Positions 19,919 through 29,744 of a stretch of DNA of 64,000 nucleotides are shown piece after piece (position 1 is the stretch's first letter; every line of letters starts with the position of its first letter). Source of the stretch: Myxococcota bacterium (GTDB lineage: Bacteria; Myxococcota_A; UBA9160; SZUA-336). The stretch covers positions 2,144,001 to 2,208,000 of the forward strand of contig CBDFGR010000003.1 in the NCBI GenBank assembly GCA_965247115.1. Direction: 5' to 3'. Made by a program: the position numbers and the translations under genes. Under the pieces are notes generated by a model. That model was not told the DNA's origin. It did not search any database and saw only the letters and a program-made list of their open reading frames with translations.

Positions 19919-20539
19919 GGTTGCCAGCTCGAAGCGGGAGCCGCGCGCAACGGCGGCGGCACTGGTCACTGGGTTCGTGAGCTTCGCGAACTCGCCGCCG
20001 TCCACCACGGCCCGGGCAACTCCTTCTGCGTCCACCGCGTCGATGACCGAGCTCTGGCCGGCTCGCGGATCGTCGAGCTCGTAGGTCGCCACGTACGAGG
20101 CGCGACCGGCTTCGAGCGGAAGCTCTACGAGAACGAGCGCGTCCCGCCGCACCGTTGCCAGCCAGCCCGAGTCTCCTTCGAGCGGCACCGCACCTGCGAT
20201 CCGCGGCGTGTTGTAGTCGTCCTTCTCGTAGTCGAGCGCGAGCAGCGAGAGCGCCAGCGCGTCGCGGATGGGCATACCCGCCTCGACCTTCTCACTGATG
20301 GGATCGGTGTGGCTGCCGTTGCTGACGATGGCCCACGAGCCGGCCCGGCGCAGGCAGTTGTAGGCGATGTAGGGGTTCTTGGCGATGTCGTCCTCGTGCC
20401 CCTCGCGCGGGACCACCGCGCAGCGTCCGTCGATCTCTACGGCCTTGCGGTTGGGGAACGAGCGCGACGAGACGCGATAGGCGCCGAGGTTCGAGCCTGC
20501 GGTCGTTCTTCCGATCGCCACGATCCTGCCCACGTACAC
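19907..20539 (-). CDS. purO: Archaeal-type IMP cyclohydrolase
   Basis: (M)YVGR..YRVSSRSFPNR..NPYIAYNC..SNGSHTD..DYEKDDYNTPRIAG; GGAGG before GTG 20539. Confidence 0.88.
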   Translation of the reverse strand: MYVGRIVAIGRTTAGSNLGAYRVSSRSFPNRKAVEIDGRCAVVPREGHEDDIAKNPYIAYNCLRRAGSWAIVSNGSHTDPISEKVEAGMPIRDALALSLLALDYEKDDYNTPRIAGAVPLEGDSGWLATVRRDALVLVELPLEAGRASYVATYELDDPRAGQSSVIDAVDAEGVARAVVDGGEFAKLTNPVTSAAAVARGSRFELATSVV

Positions 20540-20704
20540 GGCGCGTCCTCCGTTCGGGCCGATCATAGCCGCTCTCGCCGTGAGCTGTGAGCCGTGGCCG
20601 CTCGGGCGTCGGCGGCCGGTGAGCCGTACCCTTTGCAGGGCGCACCTGCGCGCTCAACTCCGTGGACCGACACCCCGAAACGAGGTCGAGGAGGGCGAAT
20701 CCCC

Positions 20705-22432
20705 ATGTCCGGCTACCTGCACGACGGCATCCTGCTCTACCTGCAAGAGATGGTCGACTGGGACGGGTACTTCCGCTACCGGAAGGGTGAGGACTGCGAC
20801 GTCGAGAGCGAGCGGGCGGCGCTCGTCGGGGTACTCGAGACCTGTGCGGCGATCTGCGAGGAGATAGAGCCGGAGGCCCGGGAGGGCTGGCAGGAGACGG
20901 CGGAGCTCGTCGACGGGAGAGTCGTCCAGCCGCCACACGTCCGGCGTGGGCTCGACAAGCTGCGGCAGGCCGGGCTGTTGAGCCTTGGCGTCTCGGAGCG
21001 GTACGGCGGCTTCGAGCTCCCTGTAATGGTCGTCAACATGGTGATGGAGATGATCTCGCGCGCGGACGCCGCGCTGATGACGATCGTCGGACTGCAGAAC
21101 GGCGTGGCGGATGACATCGAGCGCTACGCAGACGAGGAGCTCTGCCGTCGCTACCTGCCGCGCTTCACGAGCGGCGAGGTCGAGGGAGCGATGGACCTGA
21201 CCGAGTCTGAGGCGGGCTCGGACCTGGGCGGCATCGTTACGCGCGCGACCGAGAGGGACGGCCGTGCCTTTCTCTCGGGCCAGAAAATCTTCATCACGAA
21301 CGGCGGCTGCGAGATCCACCTGGTGCTCGCACGCGACGACGACGCCTTCGAGCAGTCCAAGGGGACCACGAATGGGCTGTCCCTTTTCATCTGTCCCACC
21401 ACGCTGCCCGACGGTACAGCGAACGGTATCGCCGTGGAGCGGCTCGAGCACAAGCTCGGCATTCACGGCTCGCCAACGTGCGTCGTGCGCTTCGACGACG
21501 CGGAGGGCTGGCGCATCGGGACCAAGGGCGGGGGCTTCAGGGCGATGCTCGACCTCATGAACAACGCGAGGCTGGGTGTCGCCGGGCAGGCCGTCGGCAT
21601 CGCAGAGGCCTCAGTCGAGGAGGCCGTGCGCTACTCGACCGAGCGCAAGCAGTTCGGCGTACCGATCGGGGCACAGCCCCTGATGAAGAACATGCTCTCG
21701 CGCATGGTCATGAACCTGGAGGGGAGTCGCGCGCTTCTCTACCGCTGCTGCGTACTCGTCGACCGCAATCGCGCCATCGACGCGTACCTGGCGCGGCAGT
21801 CGGACATCTCCGAGCCGGAGCGCGCCGAGCTTGAGCGGATCAAGGAGCGCAACACCGTGCGCTACCGCCTGCTCACGCCGCTGTCCAAGTATCTCGCGAC
21901 GGAGTGCTGCGACGACATCTCGCGCTCTGCCATCCAGGTACACGGTGGGCTCGGCTTCATGGCGGAGTCAGCGGTGGGCAAGCTCCACCTCGACGGCATC
22001 ATCACGACGATCTACGAGGGCACCTCCGAGATCCAGGTCTCCTTCGCACTGAAGGAGATTGGCAAGGGCGCGCTCACGATCGTGTTCGACGAGCTGCGCA
22101 AAGAGCTCGGTGAGCTCAGCGACTCCACCCTGCTCCCGCTCGCCGATAAGGTCCGCGTCGGCATCGAGCGCATCGAGGACGTCTCGGTCGCGCTGCTCCG
22201 AGACCCGGCCTACGCGCTGCTCTCCGCGCGTTCCGTCGCCGAGATGGTCATCCACGTGATCGTGGGCACCGAGCTCCTGCGTCAGGCACACGCGAGCAGC
22301 TCCCGCTTCGATCTCGCCGCAAGCTGGGTCAATCGCAAGATGCTCGAGCTCGAGATGTACGCGGCCCGCGTCGGAGAAGGCGACGCCGCCCGCATCGAGC
22401 GCTGCGAGAAAATCATCGCCCTCTGGGATTAG
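20705..22432 (+). CDS. Acyl-CoA dehydrogenase family (long, AidB/FadE-like)
   Basis: AMDLTESEAGSDLG, GQKIFITNG, EHKLGIHGSPTC, MNNARLG, IQVHGGLG, TIYEGTSEIQ. Confidence 0.92.
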   Translation: MSGYLHDGILLYLQEMVDWDGYFRYRKGEDCDVESERAALVGVLETCAAICEEIEPEAREGWQETAELVDGRVVQPPHVRRGLDKLRQAGLLSLGVSERYGGFELPVMVVNMVMEMISRADAALMTIVGLQNGVADDIERYADEELCRRYLPRFTSGEVEGAMDLTESEAGSDLGGIVTRATERDGRAFLSGQKIFITNGGCEIHLVLARDDDAFEQSKGTTNGLSLFICPTTLPDGTANGIAVERLEHKLGIHGSPTCVVRFDDAEGWRIGTKGGGFRAMLDLMNNARLGVAGQAVGIAEASVEEAVRYSTERKQFGVPIGAQPLMKNMLSRMVMNLEGSRALLYRCCVLVDRNRAIDAYLARQSDISEPERAELERIKERNTVRYRLLTPLSKYLATECCDDISRSAIQVHGGLGFMAESAVGKLHLDGIITTIYEGTSEIQVSFALKEIGKGALTIVFDELRKELGELSDSTLLPLADKVRVGIERIEDVSVALLRDPAYALLSARSVAEMVIHVIVGTELLRQAHASSSRFDLAASWVNRKMLELEMYAARVGEGDAARIERCEKIIALWD

Positions 22433-22483
22433 CTACGACTCCCCGTAGGAGGACAAAACGCCTGACGGCAACACTCACGGGAT

Positions 22484-22864
22484 TCAGGGTGTGAACTGGC
22501 CGCGGTGGGTGGCTATCTGCCACGAGTTCCCCCAGGAGTCGCTGACCATCGCACGGCGGTCGCCGTAGGGCATCTCGCGCGGATCTTCGATAGATGTCGC
22601 ACCAGCGTCCAACGCACGCATATATGTGGCATCTGTGTCTTCTACGTAGACGTAGAGGAATGCAGGCTTGACGTCTCGAGCACTCGTCCCACTGATCATG
22701 AGGATCGACTCACCAATCCGGAGCTCTGCAGGCCGCCCAGATTGGTAGTCACCAGTGGCGCCGAATACATGCTTGATGAAACGGACCAGGTTCTCGGGTT
22801 CGTCAACGACGATCCGGGGGGTGACGGTGTGCCAGCCCTCGGGGACGTAGCTAGGGTTTGTCAT
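22484..22864 (-). CDS. VOC/glyoxalase (PhnB-like) protein, low GC
   Basis: PEGWHTVTP, AELRIGESILM, LYVYVEDTDA, MPYGDRRAMVSDSWGNSWQIAT. Confidence 0.88.
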   Translation of the reverse strand: MTNPSYVPEGWHTVTPRIVVDEPENLVRFIKHVFGATGDYQSGRPAELRIGESILMISGTSARDVKPAFLYVYVEDTDATYMRALDAGATSIEDPREMPYGDRRAMVSDSWGNSWQIATHRGQFTP

Positions 22865-23034
22865 TCTGGGTCCCCTCCGCGCAACTACCATACAAGTTGG
22901 CGGGCCATGGCGGTTCGGTCCCCCGACAGACTGCACTGCAGGCGTATGATGCAGCTCTCAGAATGGTCTGGAGGGACGCCCCGCACGGCCACGCCTGACT
23001 CCCCCCAGAAGCTCGTTCCTACGGGAGGATATGC

Positions 23035-24519
23035 ATGGGCAGTCCGGATCTGGTAATTCGCAACGCACGGATTCTGGACGGGTCGGGTGGCCCGGCGTTT
23101 CCTGGCGACGTCGAGATTCGGGCTGGGCGGATCTCTAGCGTCGGGTCGGCAACCGCGGGCCAGCGAGAGATCGACGCGGTGGGGCAGGTGCTATCGCCCG
23201 GGTTCGTGGATACGCATACCCACGATGACGCGGCGCTGCTCCGATATCCCGGGATGGAGTTCAAGCTCGCTCAGGGGTGCACGAGTCTCGTGATCGGGAA
23301 CTGTGGGTTCAGTGCGGCTCCGAATCGGCCCGAGGGGAGGGAGCCGCCAGGGAGTGGCGGCCTGTTTCGCGGGGTGAAGGCCGAGTGGGAGGACCTCGCC
23401 GGCTACTTCGAGGCAGTGGAGGCGCGAGAGCCCGCGCTGAATGCCGTCGCGCTCGTCGGTCACAATACGACTCGCGCGCTCGTGATGGGTGACGAGGATC
23501 GTGCGCCCAGTGACTCGGAGCTGGCGGAGATGCGCGCGCATACGACGCTTGCGATGGAGCAGGGCGCGTGCGGGTTCTCTACGGGGCTGATCTACCGGCC
23601 CGGGCGCTACAGCGAGACCGAGGAGATCATCGCCGTCGCTGGGCCTGTGGCCGAGCACGCTGGGATCTACGCCACGCACATGCGCGACGAGGGGGACGGG
23701 TTGCTCGACGCGGTGGAGGAGACGTTGCGCATCGGCCGCGAGGTCGGCTGTGCGATCCAGATCTCTCACCACAAGTCGGCCGGCCGCGAGAACTGGGGCA
23801 AGGTCGGCGCCTCGCTGGCGCGCGTCGACAAGGCAAACGCGGAGGGTGCGGACGTCACACTCGACGTCTATCCCTACACCGCGGGCAGCGGTCCCATGAT
23901 CGAGTACTTCCGGCTGGATGCCATCTCGCGCTCACTCGCAGAGGTGGTCCGCATCGCGAACTGTCCAGCCTTTCGCGAGTACGAGGGGCGCATGGTGACC
24001 GAGATCGGCAAAGAGCTCGGGCTGCCCGCGACGGAAGTGGTGCGGAAGATCCTGACCGCGCCGGGCGGCGAGCGGACGATCTGCATCCAGTTCATTATCG
24101 ACGAGGCCGACATCGAGACGAACCTGCGCCACCCGAAGATGATGGTCGGGTCCGACGGGATCCCGGATCTTACCGGGAGTCCGCATCCGCGGCTGTTCGG
24201 CACGTTTCCGCGCGTACTGGGCCACTACGTGCGTGAGCGCAGGGTGCTGTCGCTCGAGGATGCCGTGCGCAGGATGACAAGTCTGTCTTGCGAGCGCTTC
24301 GGACTGCTCGAGCGCGGTCGCATCCGGGAGGGCTACTGGGCGGATCTCGTGATCTTCGATCCCGACCGGGTCGTCGATACCGCGACCTACGACGACCCGA
24401 AGCAGGAGCCGGAGGGTATCCGGGCCGTCATCGTGAACGGCCAGGTCGCCTACGAGGACGGTCGTCACACAGGCGTGGGTGCTGGCCGAATGCTGCGCTA
24501 CAGGAGCCCGGTGGCGTAG
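23035..24519 (+). CDS. N-acyl-D-amino-acid deacylase (amidohydrolase family 3)
   Basis: PGFVDTHTHDD, GNCG, GFSTGLIY, THMRDE, ISHHK, GSDG, HPRLFGTFPRVLG. Confidence 0.92.
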   Translation: MGSPDLVIRNARILDGSGGPAFPGDVEIRAGRISSVGSATAGQREIDAVGQVLSPGFVDTHTHDDAALLRYPGMEFKLAQGCTSLVIGNCGFSAAPNRPEGREPPGSGGLFRGVKAEWEDLAGYFEAVEAREPALNAVALVGHNTTRALVMGDEDRAPSDSELAEMRAHTTLAMEQGACGFSTGLIYRPGRYSETEEIIAVAGPVAEHAGIYATHMRDEGDGLLDAVEETLRIGREVGCAIQISHHKSAGRENWGKVGASLARVDKANAEGADVTLDVYPYTAGSGPMIEYFRLDAISRSLAEVVRIANCPAFREYEGRMVTEIGKELGLPATEVVRKILTAPGGERTICIQFIIDEADIETNLRHPKMMVGSDGIPDLTGSPHPRLFGTFPRVLGHYVRERRVLSLEDAVRRMTSLSCERFGLLERGRIREGYWADLVIFDPDRVVDTATYDDPKQEPEGIRAVIVNGQVAYEDGRHTGVGAGRMLRYRSPVA

Positions 24520-24529
24520 AATGGGAAGT

Positions 24530-25069
24530 ATGAAGACAGCCAGAACTATCGCACTCGTTGGGTTCTCCTTGCTCATGACCGGTTGGAGCTCTGCCGCGTT
24601 CGGAGACGGCATCGAAGTGGGGGGTCGCGCGCCGGGCTTCAGCCTGGCGGGAACCGATGGGAACACGTACTCACTCTCGCAGTTCGCGGGAAAGCAGGGG
24701 GTGGTCCTGGCCTGGTTCCCGAAGGCCTTTACAGCGGGCTGAAGCCTCGAAGTAGAGTCGCTGCGTGACAGCGCCGCTGCAATCCATCGCTTCGATGTCG
24801 CCTACTTCATGGTGAGCCTGGACCCGCTCGACAAGAACAAGGAGTTCGCGGAGTCGCTGAAAGCGAACTTCCCGATCCTCTCCGATCCGGAGGGGCAGGT
24901 CGCGAAGGCCTACGAGGTCTTGGGTGTGGCGCGCTTCTTCGCCAGTCGGACGACCTTCTACATCGATCCCGACGGCGTCATCCGCCACATCGATAAGGAC
25001 GTCGACGTGCGGACGCACGGAGCCGACGTCGCGCGTAAGCTGGGGGAGCTGGGCTTCCCGGAGCGCTGA
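24530..25069 (+). CDS. Exported peroxiredoxin (BCP/PrxQ family) with in-frame UGA (24740-24742) at the peroxidatic Cys; probable selenoprotein
   Basis: ORFs 24479..24742 and 24809..25069 share one frame and join as WFPKAFTAG-U-SLEVESLRD...VSLD..FPILSD..RTTFYID; N-terminal signal peptide. Confidence 0.85.
24759..24773 (+). promoter_or_regulatory. Candidate bacterial SECIS hairpin
   Basis: CGCTG-cgtga-CAGCG stem-loop starting 16 nt after the UGA, with G at loop position 2. Confidence 0.55.
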
Positions 25070-25076
25070 CCTCGCG

Positions 25077-25760
25077 CTAGCGAGCGCTCGTGAAGGCCGC
25101 GACGTAGTCCGCAAGCTCACCGAGTACCTCGGGGTCGGTGCGTCCCGAGCGTTTCAGGACATGGAAGGAGTGGTCCGCGCCCTCGATCCGGCGGAGCTCC
25201 GCGCGCGCCCCGAGGCCAGCGCACACGGGCGCGAGCAGCTCCGGCTCCGCCAGCTTGTCGCGTGTGCCTTGCAGGAACAGCATGGGAACCTTGACGCTCG
25301 CCAGGTGCTCGCCTCGTTCGGTTCCCGGCCGCCCAGCTGGGTGGAGCGGGAATCCCACAAAGACGATGCCACGCAATCCAGGCCATGCCTCCTCTGACTC
25401 GGCCAGCGAGGTCATCCGGCCGCCCATGGACTTGCCACCGGCAAAGAGCGGCAGATCCCCAAGGACGCCGCTCGCTTTGGCCAGCGCGGCGCGCACGGTG
25501 GCGAGCAGGATCCGGCGCGGGTTCGGTCCCCTTCGTCGTTCCCCCTCTATGTATGGGAACTGGTAGCGAAGCGTCGCGACGCCGCGCTCGGCGAGTCGCC
25601 CGGTCAGAGCCTCCATGAATGCGTGGCGCATTCCCGCTCCTGCGCCGTGCGCGAGTACGAGAAGGGCGTGCGCGTCGCTCGGCTGCTCCAGCAGAGCCGA
25701 GACGCGGCCGGTCTCTGGCGTGACCTCGAAATCGAGCGCGGTCGGAGCTGGCACGCTCAC
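25077..25760 (-). CDS. Alpha/beta hydrolase (dienelactone hydrolase/KANSL3-like)
   Basis: LAHGAGAGM, GGKSMGGR, GFPLHP, LQGTRD, ADHSF. Confidence 0.88.
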   Translation of the reverse strand: MSVPAPTALDFEVTPETGRVSALLEQPSDAHALLVLAHGAGAGMRHAFMEALTGRLAERGVATLRYQFPYIEGERRRGPNPRRILLATVRAALAKASGVLGDLPLFAGGKSMGGRMTSLAESEEAWPGLRGIVFVGFPLHPAGRPGTERGEHLASVKVPMLFLQGTRDKLAEPELLAPVCAGLGARAELRRIEGADHSFHVLKRSGRTDPEVLGELADYVAAFTSAR

Positions 25761-25764
25761 GCCG

Positions 25765-26922
25765 TCAGCTCCTCGGTAGTCCGAGTCCACGCTCCGCGAT
25801 GATGTTGCGCAGGATGTTGTTCGTGCCGCCCTGGATCGTATAGGCCGGCGCGTACAGCAGGCTGCGCGCTCCCCGTCCTTCGAGCGGGGCCCTGTGAGAG
25901 TCGAGCGCCAGCTGGGCGGCCGGGCCGAGCAGCTCGCTCGCGCAGTCAGCGATCCGCTGCTCGAGGGACGTGCAGAAGGTCTTGGCCGCCGCCGCCTCAA
26001 AGTTCGGGCTGCGACCCTGCGACAGGATCTCGGCGACCCGATAGATCATGCCCCGCCCCGCACGCCACGCAATCTCGATCTCGGCCAATCGCTGGCGCAC
26101 GAGCGGGCTCGCGGATAGGCCGCGCTCCTTGGCCAGCCGTTTGATGTCGCGCCAGAGCGGGTAGTTCGAGAGCAGGCGCTCGATGCCGCTGCGCTCGTAG
26201 TCGAGCTGCTCCATGATCTGATAGAAACCCCGGTTCTGCTTGCCGATTAGCGAGGTCTGGGGTACGCGCACGCCGTCGAAAAACAGCTCGCAGAAGTGGG
26301 CCTCGCCCACCATGTCTACGATCGGGCGAATCGTGATCCCGGCCGAGTCCATGGGGATGAGCAGCTCGCTGATGCCCTTGTGCGGCGCGGACTCGCCGTC
26401 GGTGCGGGCGACGAGGTAGCAGTAGTCGGCCTCGGCCGCGAAGCTGGTCCAGATCTTCTGGCCGCGGATGATGAAGTCCTCACCGTCCACCTCCGCCCGG
26501 GTCTCCAGCGACGCCAGGTCGCTGCCCGCGTTGGGCTCGCTCATTCCGATGCAGAAGCTGATGCCCGCGCGCTGGATGCGGGGCAGGAACTCGCGCTTCT
26601 GTTGCTCGCTCCCGTGGGCGAGCAGAGCCGGACCAATCTGGCGATCTCCGAACCAGTGGGCCGCGACGGGCGCCGCTGCGAGCAGGAGCTCCTCCGTCAC
26701 GATCAGGCGATCGAGGTAGCTGCGCTCGGCGCCCCCGTATGCCTTTGGCCAGGTCAGGCCGATCCAGCCCTGCTCTGCGAAGCGCCTGGAGAACGCGGGA
26801 TCGTAGCCGGCGATCCAGCCGTCTTCTGGGATCGCACGTCCGGCGCAGGCGGGGTCGCTCGCGAGGAACGCGCGCACCTCCTCGCGCAACTGCGACTGCT
26901 CTTCACTCGGCCGAAAGTCCAT
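25765..26922 (-). CDS. Acyl-CoA dehydrogenase
   Basis: CIGMSEPNAGSDLASL, GQKIWTS, TIQGGTNNILRNIIAERGLGLPR. Confidence 0.92.
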   Translation of the reverse strand: MDFRPSEEQSQLREEVRAFLASDPACAGRAIPEDGWIAGYDPAFSRRFAEQGWIGLTWPKAYGGAERSYLDRLIVTEELLLAAAPVAAHWFGDRQIGPALLAHGSEQQKREFLPRIQRAGISFCIGMSEPNAGSDLASLETRAEVDGEDFIIRGQKIWTSFAAEADYCYLVARTDGESAPHKGISELLIPMDSAGITIRPIVDMVGEAHFCELFFDGVRVPQTSLIGKQNRGFYQIMEQLDYERSGIERLLSNYPLWRDIKRLAKERGLSASPLVRQRLAEIEIAWRAGRGMIYRVAEILSQGRSPNFEAAAAKTFCTSLEQRIADCASELLGPAAQLALDSHRAPLEGRGARSLLYAPAYTIQGGTNNILRNIIAERGLGLPRS

Positions 26923-26949
26923 GCCCGATGATATCTCGACCGGGACTGG

Positions 26950-28185
26950 CTAGGGGGCCAGGCTCTTGGTGATGCGCTCCATGGCGTCCGTGACACGTTC
27001 GCGCTTCGCAAAGGCCGACAGGCGAAAGTAGCCCTCTCCGCAGCTGCCGAAGCCCGCGCCGGGGGTTCCGATGACGTGCGCGTGATCGAGCAGCCGGTCG
27101 AAGAGCTCCCACGATCCGATCCCGTCCGGTGTCTTCACCCAGGCGTAGGGCGCGTTCGTCGCGCCGTACACGCGCAGACCGAGCGAGCGCATGGCGTCGC
27201 GAATGATTCGCGCGTTCTCCATGTAGTAGGCGATGTTCGCCTCGATCTCGGCCCGACCTCGTTTGCTGTAGCAGGCGGCAGCGCCGGCCTGGACCGGGTA
27301 CGACGTCCCGTTGAACTTGGTCGTGTGGCGGCGGATCCAGAGGCGCTGGATCGAGACCGGCTCGCCGTTCTCGTCGCGGCCCTCGAGCTCGTTCGGGATG
27401 ACCACGAACCCGCAGCGCACGCCCGTGAAGCCCGCGGTCTTGGAGTAGCTCCGGAACTCGATCGCGCACTCGCGGGCACCAGGAATCTCGAAGATGGAGT
27501 GCGGGATGTCGGGCTCCCCGATGTAGGCCTCGTACGCGGCATCGAAGAGCAGGATCGCACCGCTGTCCCTCGCGTAGGCGACCCAGCGGGCGAGCTCGTC
27601 GCGGCTCGCGACGGCCCCCGTCGGGTTGTTCGGGAAGCAGAGGTACACGAGGTCGACCGCCTCGCTCGGGAGCTCCGGAAGAAAGTCGTTCCCTTCTCTG
27701 CACGGCAGATAGATCAGGCCCTCGTACGCGCCCTGCGCGTCGGCGTTGCCGGTCCTCCCCGCCATCACGTTCGTGTCGACGTAAACCGGGTAGACCGGAT
27801 CCGGGACCGCCACGCGGGCGCTCGTCGAGAAGATCTCCTGGATGTTCCCGCTGTCGCATTTAGAGCCGTCGGAGACGAAGATCTCGTCCGGCGAGATCTC
27901 GACGCCCCGCGCCGCATAGTCGTGCTCCGCGATGGCTTCGCGCAGGAACCCGTAGCCCGGCTCCGGTCCGTAGCCACGGAACCCGTCTTCCGTCCCGAGC
28001 TCGTCGATGGCGCGGTGCATCGCGCTGCGAACACTCTCGGGCAGCGGGAGCACGACGTCGCCAATGCCGAGTCGGATCAGCTGAGCCGCGGGATGACGCT
28101 CGGTGAACGCGGCCACTCGCCGGTCGATCTCCGGAAAGAGGTATCCACTTGCCAGCTTCAAGTAAGAGTCATTGATGCGAGCCAT
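26950..28185 (-). CDS. dapL: LL-diaminopimelate aminotransferase
   Basis: [51 protein letters not shown]. Confidence 0.95.
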   Translation of the reverse strand: MARINDSYLKLASGYLFPEIDRRVAAFTERHPAAQLIRLGIGDVVLPLPESVRSAMHRAIDELGTEDGFRGYGPEPGYGFLREAIAEHDYAARGVEISPDEIFVSDGSKCDSGNIQEIFSTSARVAVPDPVYPVYVDTNVMAGRTGNADAQGAYEGLIYLPCREGNDFLPELPSEAVDLVYLCFPNNPTGAVASRDELARWVAYARDSGAILLFDAAYEAYIGEPDIPHSIFEIPGARECAIEFRSYSKTAGFTGVRCGFVVIPNELEGRDENGEPVSIQRLWIRRHTTKFNGTSYPVQAGAAACYSKRGRAEIEANIAYYMENARIIRDAMRSLGLRVYGATNAPYAWVKTPDGIGSWELFDRLLDHAHVIGTPGAGFGSCGEGYFRLSAFAKRERVTDAMERITKSLAP

Positions 28186-28216
28186 GCGGAGCTCCTTGCG
28201 CTCGAGAGGCGGCCAG

Positions 28217-28576
28217 CTAGGGGCGGATCGTGGCGAGTACCAGCTCCGCGAGACCCGGCGCGCTCCCGACCGGCGGTGTGATCTCGTAGCTGAGCTGTGG
28301 ATACCGACTGACGGCGCTCTCCACCAGCCGCGGGATCTGCTCGGAGAGGTGCTGTCCGGGTACCAGGAACAGGGGGTGTACGATCAGCTGCGTGGCGCCG
28401 TCCGCAACGCACGAGGCGATCGCCTGCGGGATCGAGGGCTCGGCCAGCTCCATGTGCGCGATGTAGACCGGAAGATCCGCCGCTCGTCCCCGTACCTCTC
28501 GCGCAACCCACTCCAGGTGCGAGTGGGCCTCGGCGCGGCGGCTGCCGTGATCCACGATGAGCAGCGCGCGAGACAT
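28217..28576 (-). CDS. CbiX/SirB N-terminal domain (short chelatase)
   Basis: [30 protein letters not shown]. Confidence 0.88.
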   Translation of the reverse strand: MSRALLIVDHGSRRAEAHSHLEWVAREVRGRAADLPVYIAHMELAEPSIPQAIASCVADGATQLIVHPLFLVPGQHLSEQIPRLVESAVSRYPQLSYEITPPVGSAPGLAELVLATIRP

Positions 28577-28578
28577 GA

Positions 28579-28872
28579 CTACTCGACCGGACCCCAGTAG
28601 TCCGCGGTCAGCACCAGGTCGTCGTAGACGCGGATCGCGCAGGCCAGGCGCAGCCCGGCACGTATTCGGTTGTTCTGTTTGGTCCGAAGCTCTGCCGCGG
28701 ACTCCCGGCTCACGCTGCCCTCGAGTATCTCCACTCCGCAGGCGGCGCAGATCATCTCATCGCCACAGGCCCTGGCGATGGGGAGGCCGACCTGTCGTAT
28801 GGCGTCGACCAGACGGGCCCCCTTCTGGACCTGCAGCTTCGTGTTTTTCGGCATGAAGCGGACGGTCGGCAT
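28579..28872 (-). CDS. 2Fe-2S ferredoxin
   Basis: ACGDEMICAAC ... RLAC. Confidence 0.85.
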   Translation of the reverse strand: MPTVRFMPKNTKLQVQKGARLVDAIRQVGLPIARACGDEMICAACGVEILEGSVSRESAAELRTKQNNRIRAGLRLACAIRVYDDLVLTADYWGPVE

Positions 28873-28903
28873 AGCCCCCCAGGGTAGAGTAAGATGACGA
28901 GCG

Positions 28904-29632
28904 ATGTCGACGGCGGGCCTGCTGATCATCGGCAACGAGGTGCTCTCGGGTAAGGTCGCGGACGAGAACACGCCGTACCTTCTGCCCGAGCTGCGCAAAC
29001 AGGGCGTGGACGTGGGCCGCGTTCACGTGATCCCCGATGACGTCGACCTGATTGCTAGCGAGGTGCGTAGCTTCTCGAGCTCGTTCGACTATGTGCTGAC
29101 CACCGGCGGTGTAGGCCCCACTCACGACGACGTGACGATGGAGGGCATCGCGAAGGCGCTCGGCCGGCAGCTCACCACTCATGTCGAGATGAAGAAGCTC
29201 CTGCTCGGGGCCCTGCGAGGGACGGAGGCGAACGCGAGCCAGCTCAAGATGTGCGAGCTCCCCGAGGGTGCGGGGCTCATACAGGGCGGAGATCTCTGGT
29301 TTCCCCTCGTGTTCGTCAAGAATATCTACATCTTTCCTGGCATCCCCCGACTGCTGCAGGCGAAGTTCGACGGAGCGCGTGACCACTTCAAGGGCAGCCC
29401 CTTTTATCTTCGAAAGATCTTCATGAGCTGCATCGAGAGCGATATTGCCCAGGATCTGCACGACCTGCTCGAGGTCTTCCCGGCTCTCGACCTGGGAAGC
29501 TACCCGAGCACCTCGGCTGTCGACTACCGCACGATGCTCACGCTCGAGTCCCGCGACGCAACGTACGTGGAGAAGGCAGTGGAAGCCCTGCTGACCCGCC
29601 TCCCCTCAGCTTCCATACTCCGAGTGGAGTAA
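28904..29632 (+). CDS. Molybdopterin-binding (CinA N-terminal / FAD synthetase-like) protein
   Basis: IIGNEVLSGKV, TTGGVGPTHDDVT, IFPGIP, GSYP. Confidence 0.88.
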   Translation: MSTAGLLIIGNEVLSGKVADENTPYLLPELRKQGVDVGRVHVIPDDVDLIASEVRSFSSSFDYVLTTGGVGPTHDDVTMEGIAKALGRQLTTHVEMKKLLLGALRGTEANASQLKMCELPEGAGLIQGGDLWFPLVFVKNIYIFPGIPRLLQAKFDGARDHFKGSPFYLRKIFMSCIESDIAQDLHDLLEVFPALDLGSYPSTSAVDYRTMLTLESRDATYVEKAVEALLTRLPSASILRVE

Positions 29633-29645
29633 AGTGGACTGCCCA

Positions 29646-29739
29646 GCAAGCGCCGCGTAAGCGGCGCGCGCAGCGAAGGGCGAAGCCCTGAGCGAAGGTG
29701 GGTGGCCCGCGGCCGCCCGTGGGCCGGGTCCTACAAGAC
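29646..29739 (+). repeat. Family-B repeat between convergent genes
   Basis: GCAAGCGCCGCGTAAGCGGCGCGCGCAGCGAAGGGCGAAGCCCTGAGCGAAGGTGGGTGGCCCGCGGCCGCCCGTGGGCCGGGTCCTACAAGAC. Confidence 0.9.
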
Positions 29740-29744
29740 CTGTT

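Noticed and set aside
24740..24742. Genome-wide UGA reassignment (Trp/Gly)
   Set aside because: Many intact genes end in TGA (cofG, cofH, leuC, leuD, proS), and this UGA sits precisely at a catalytic Cys position
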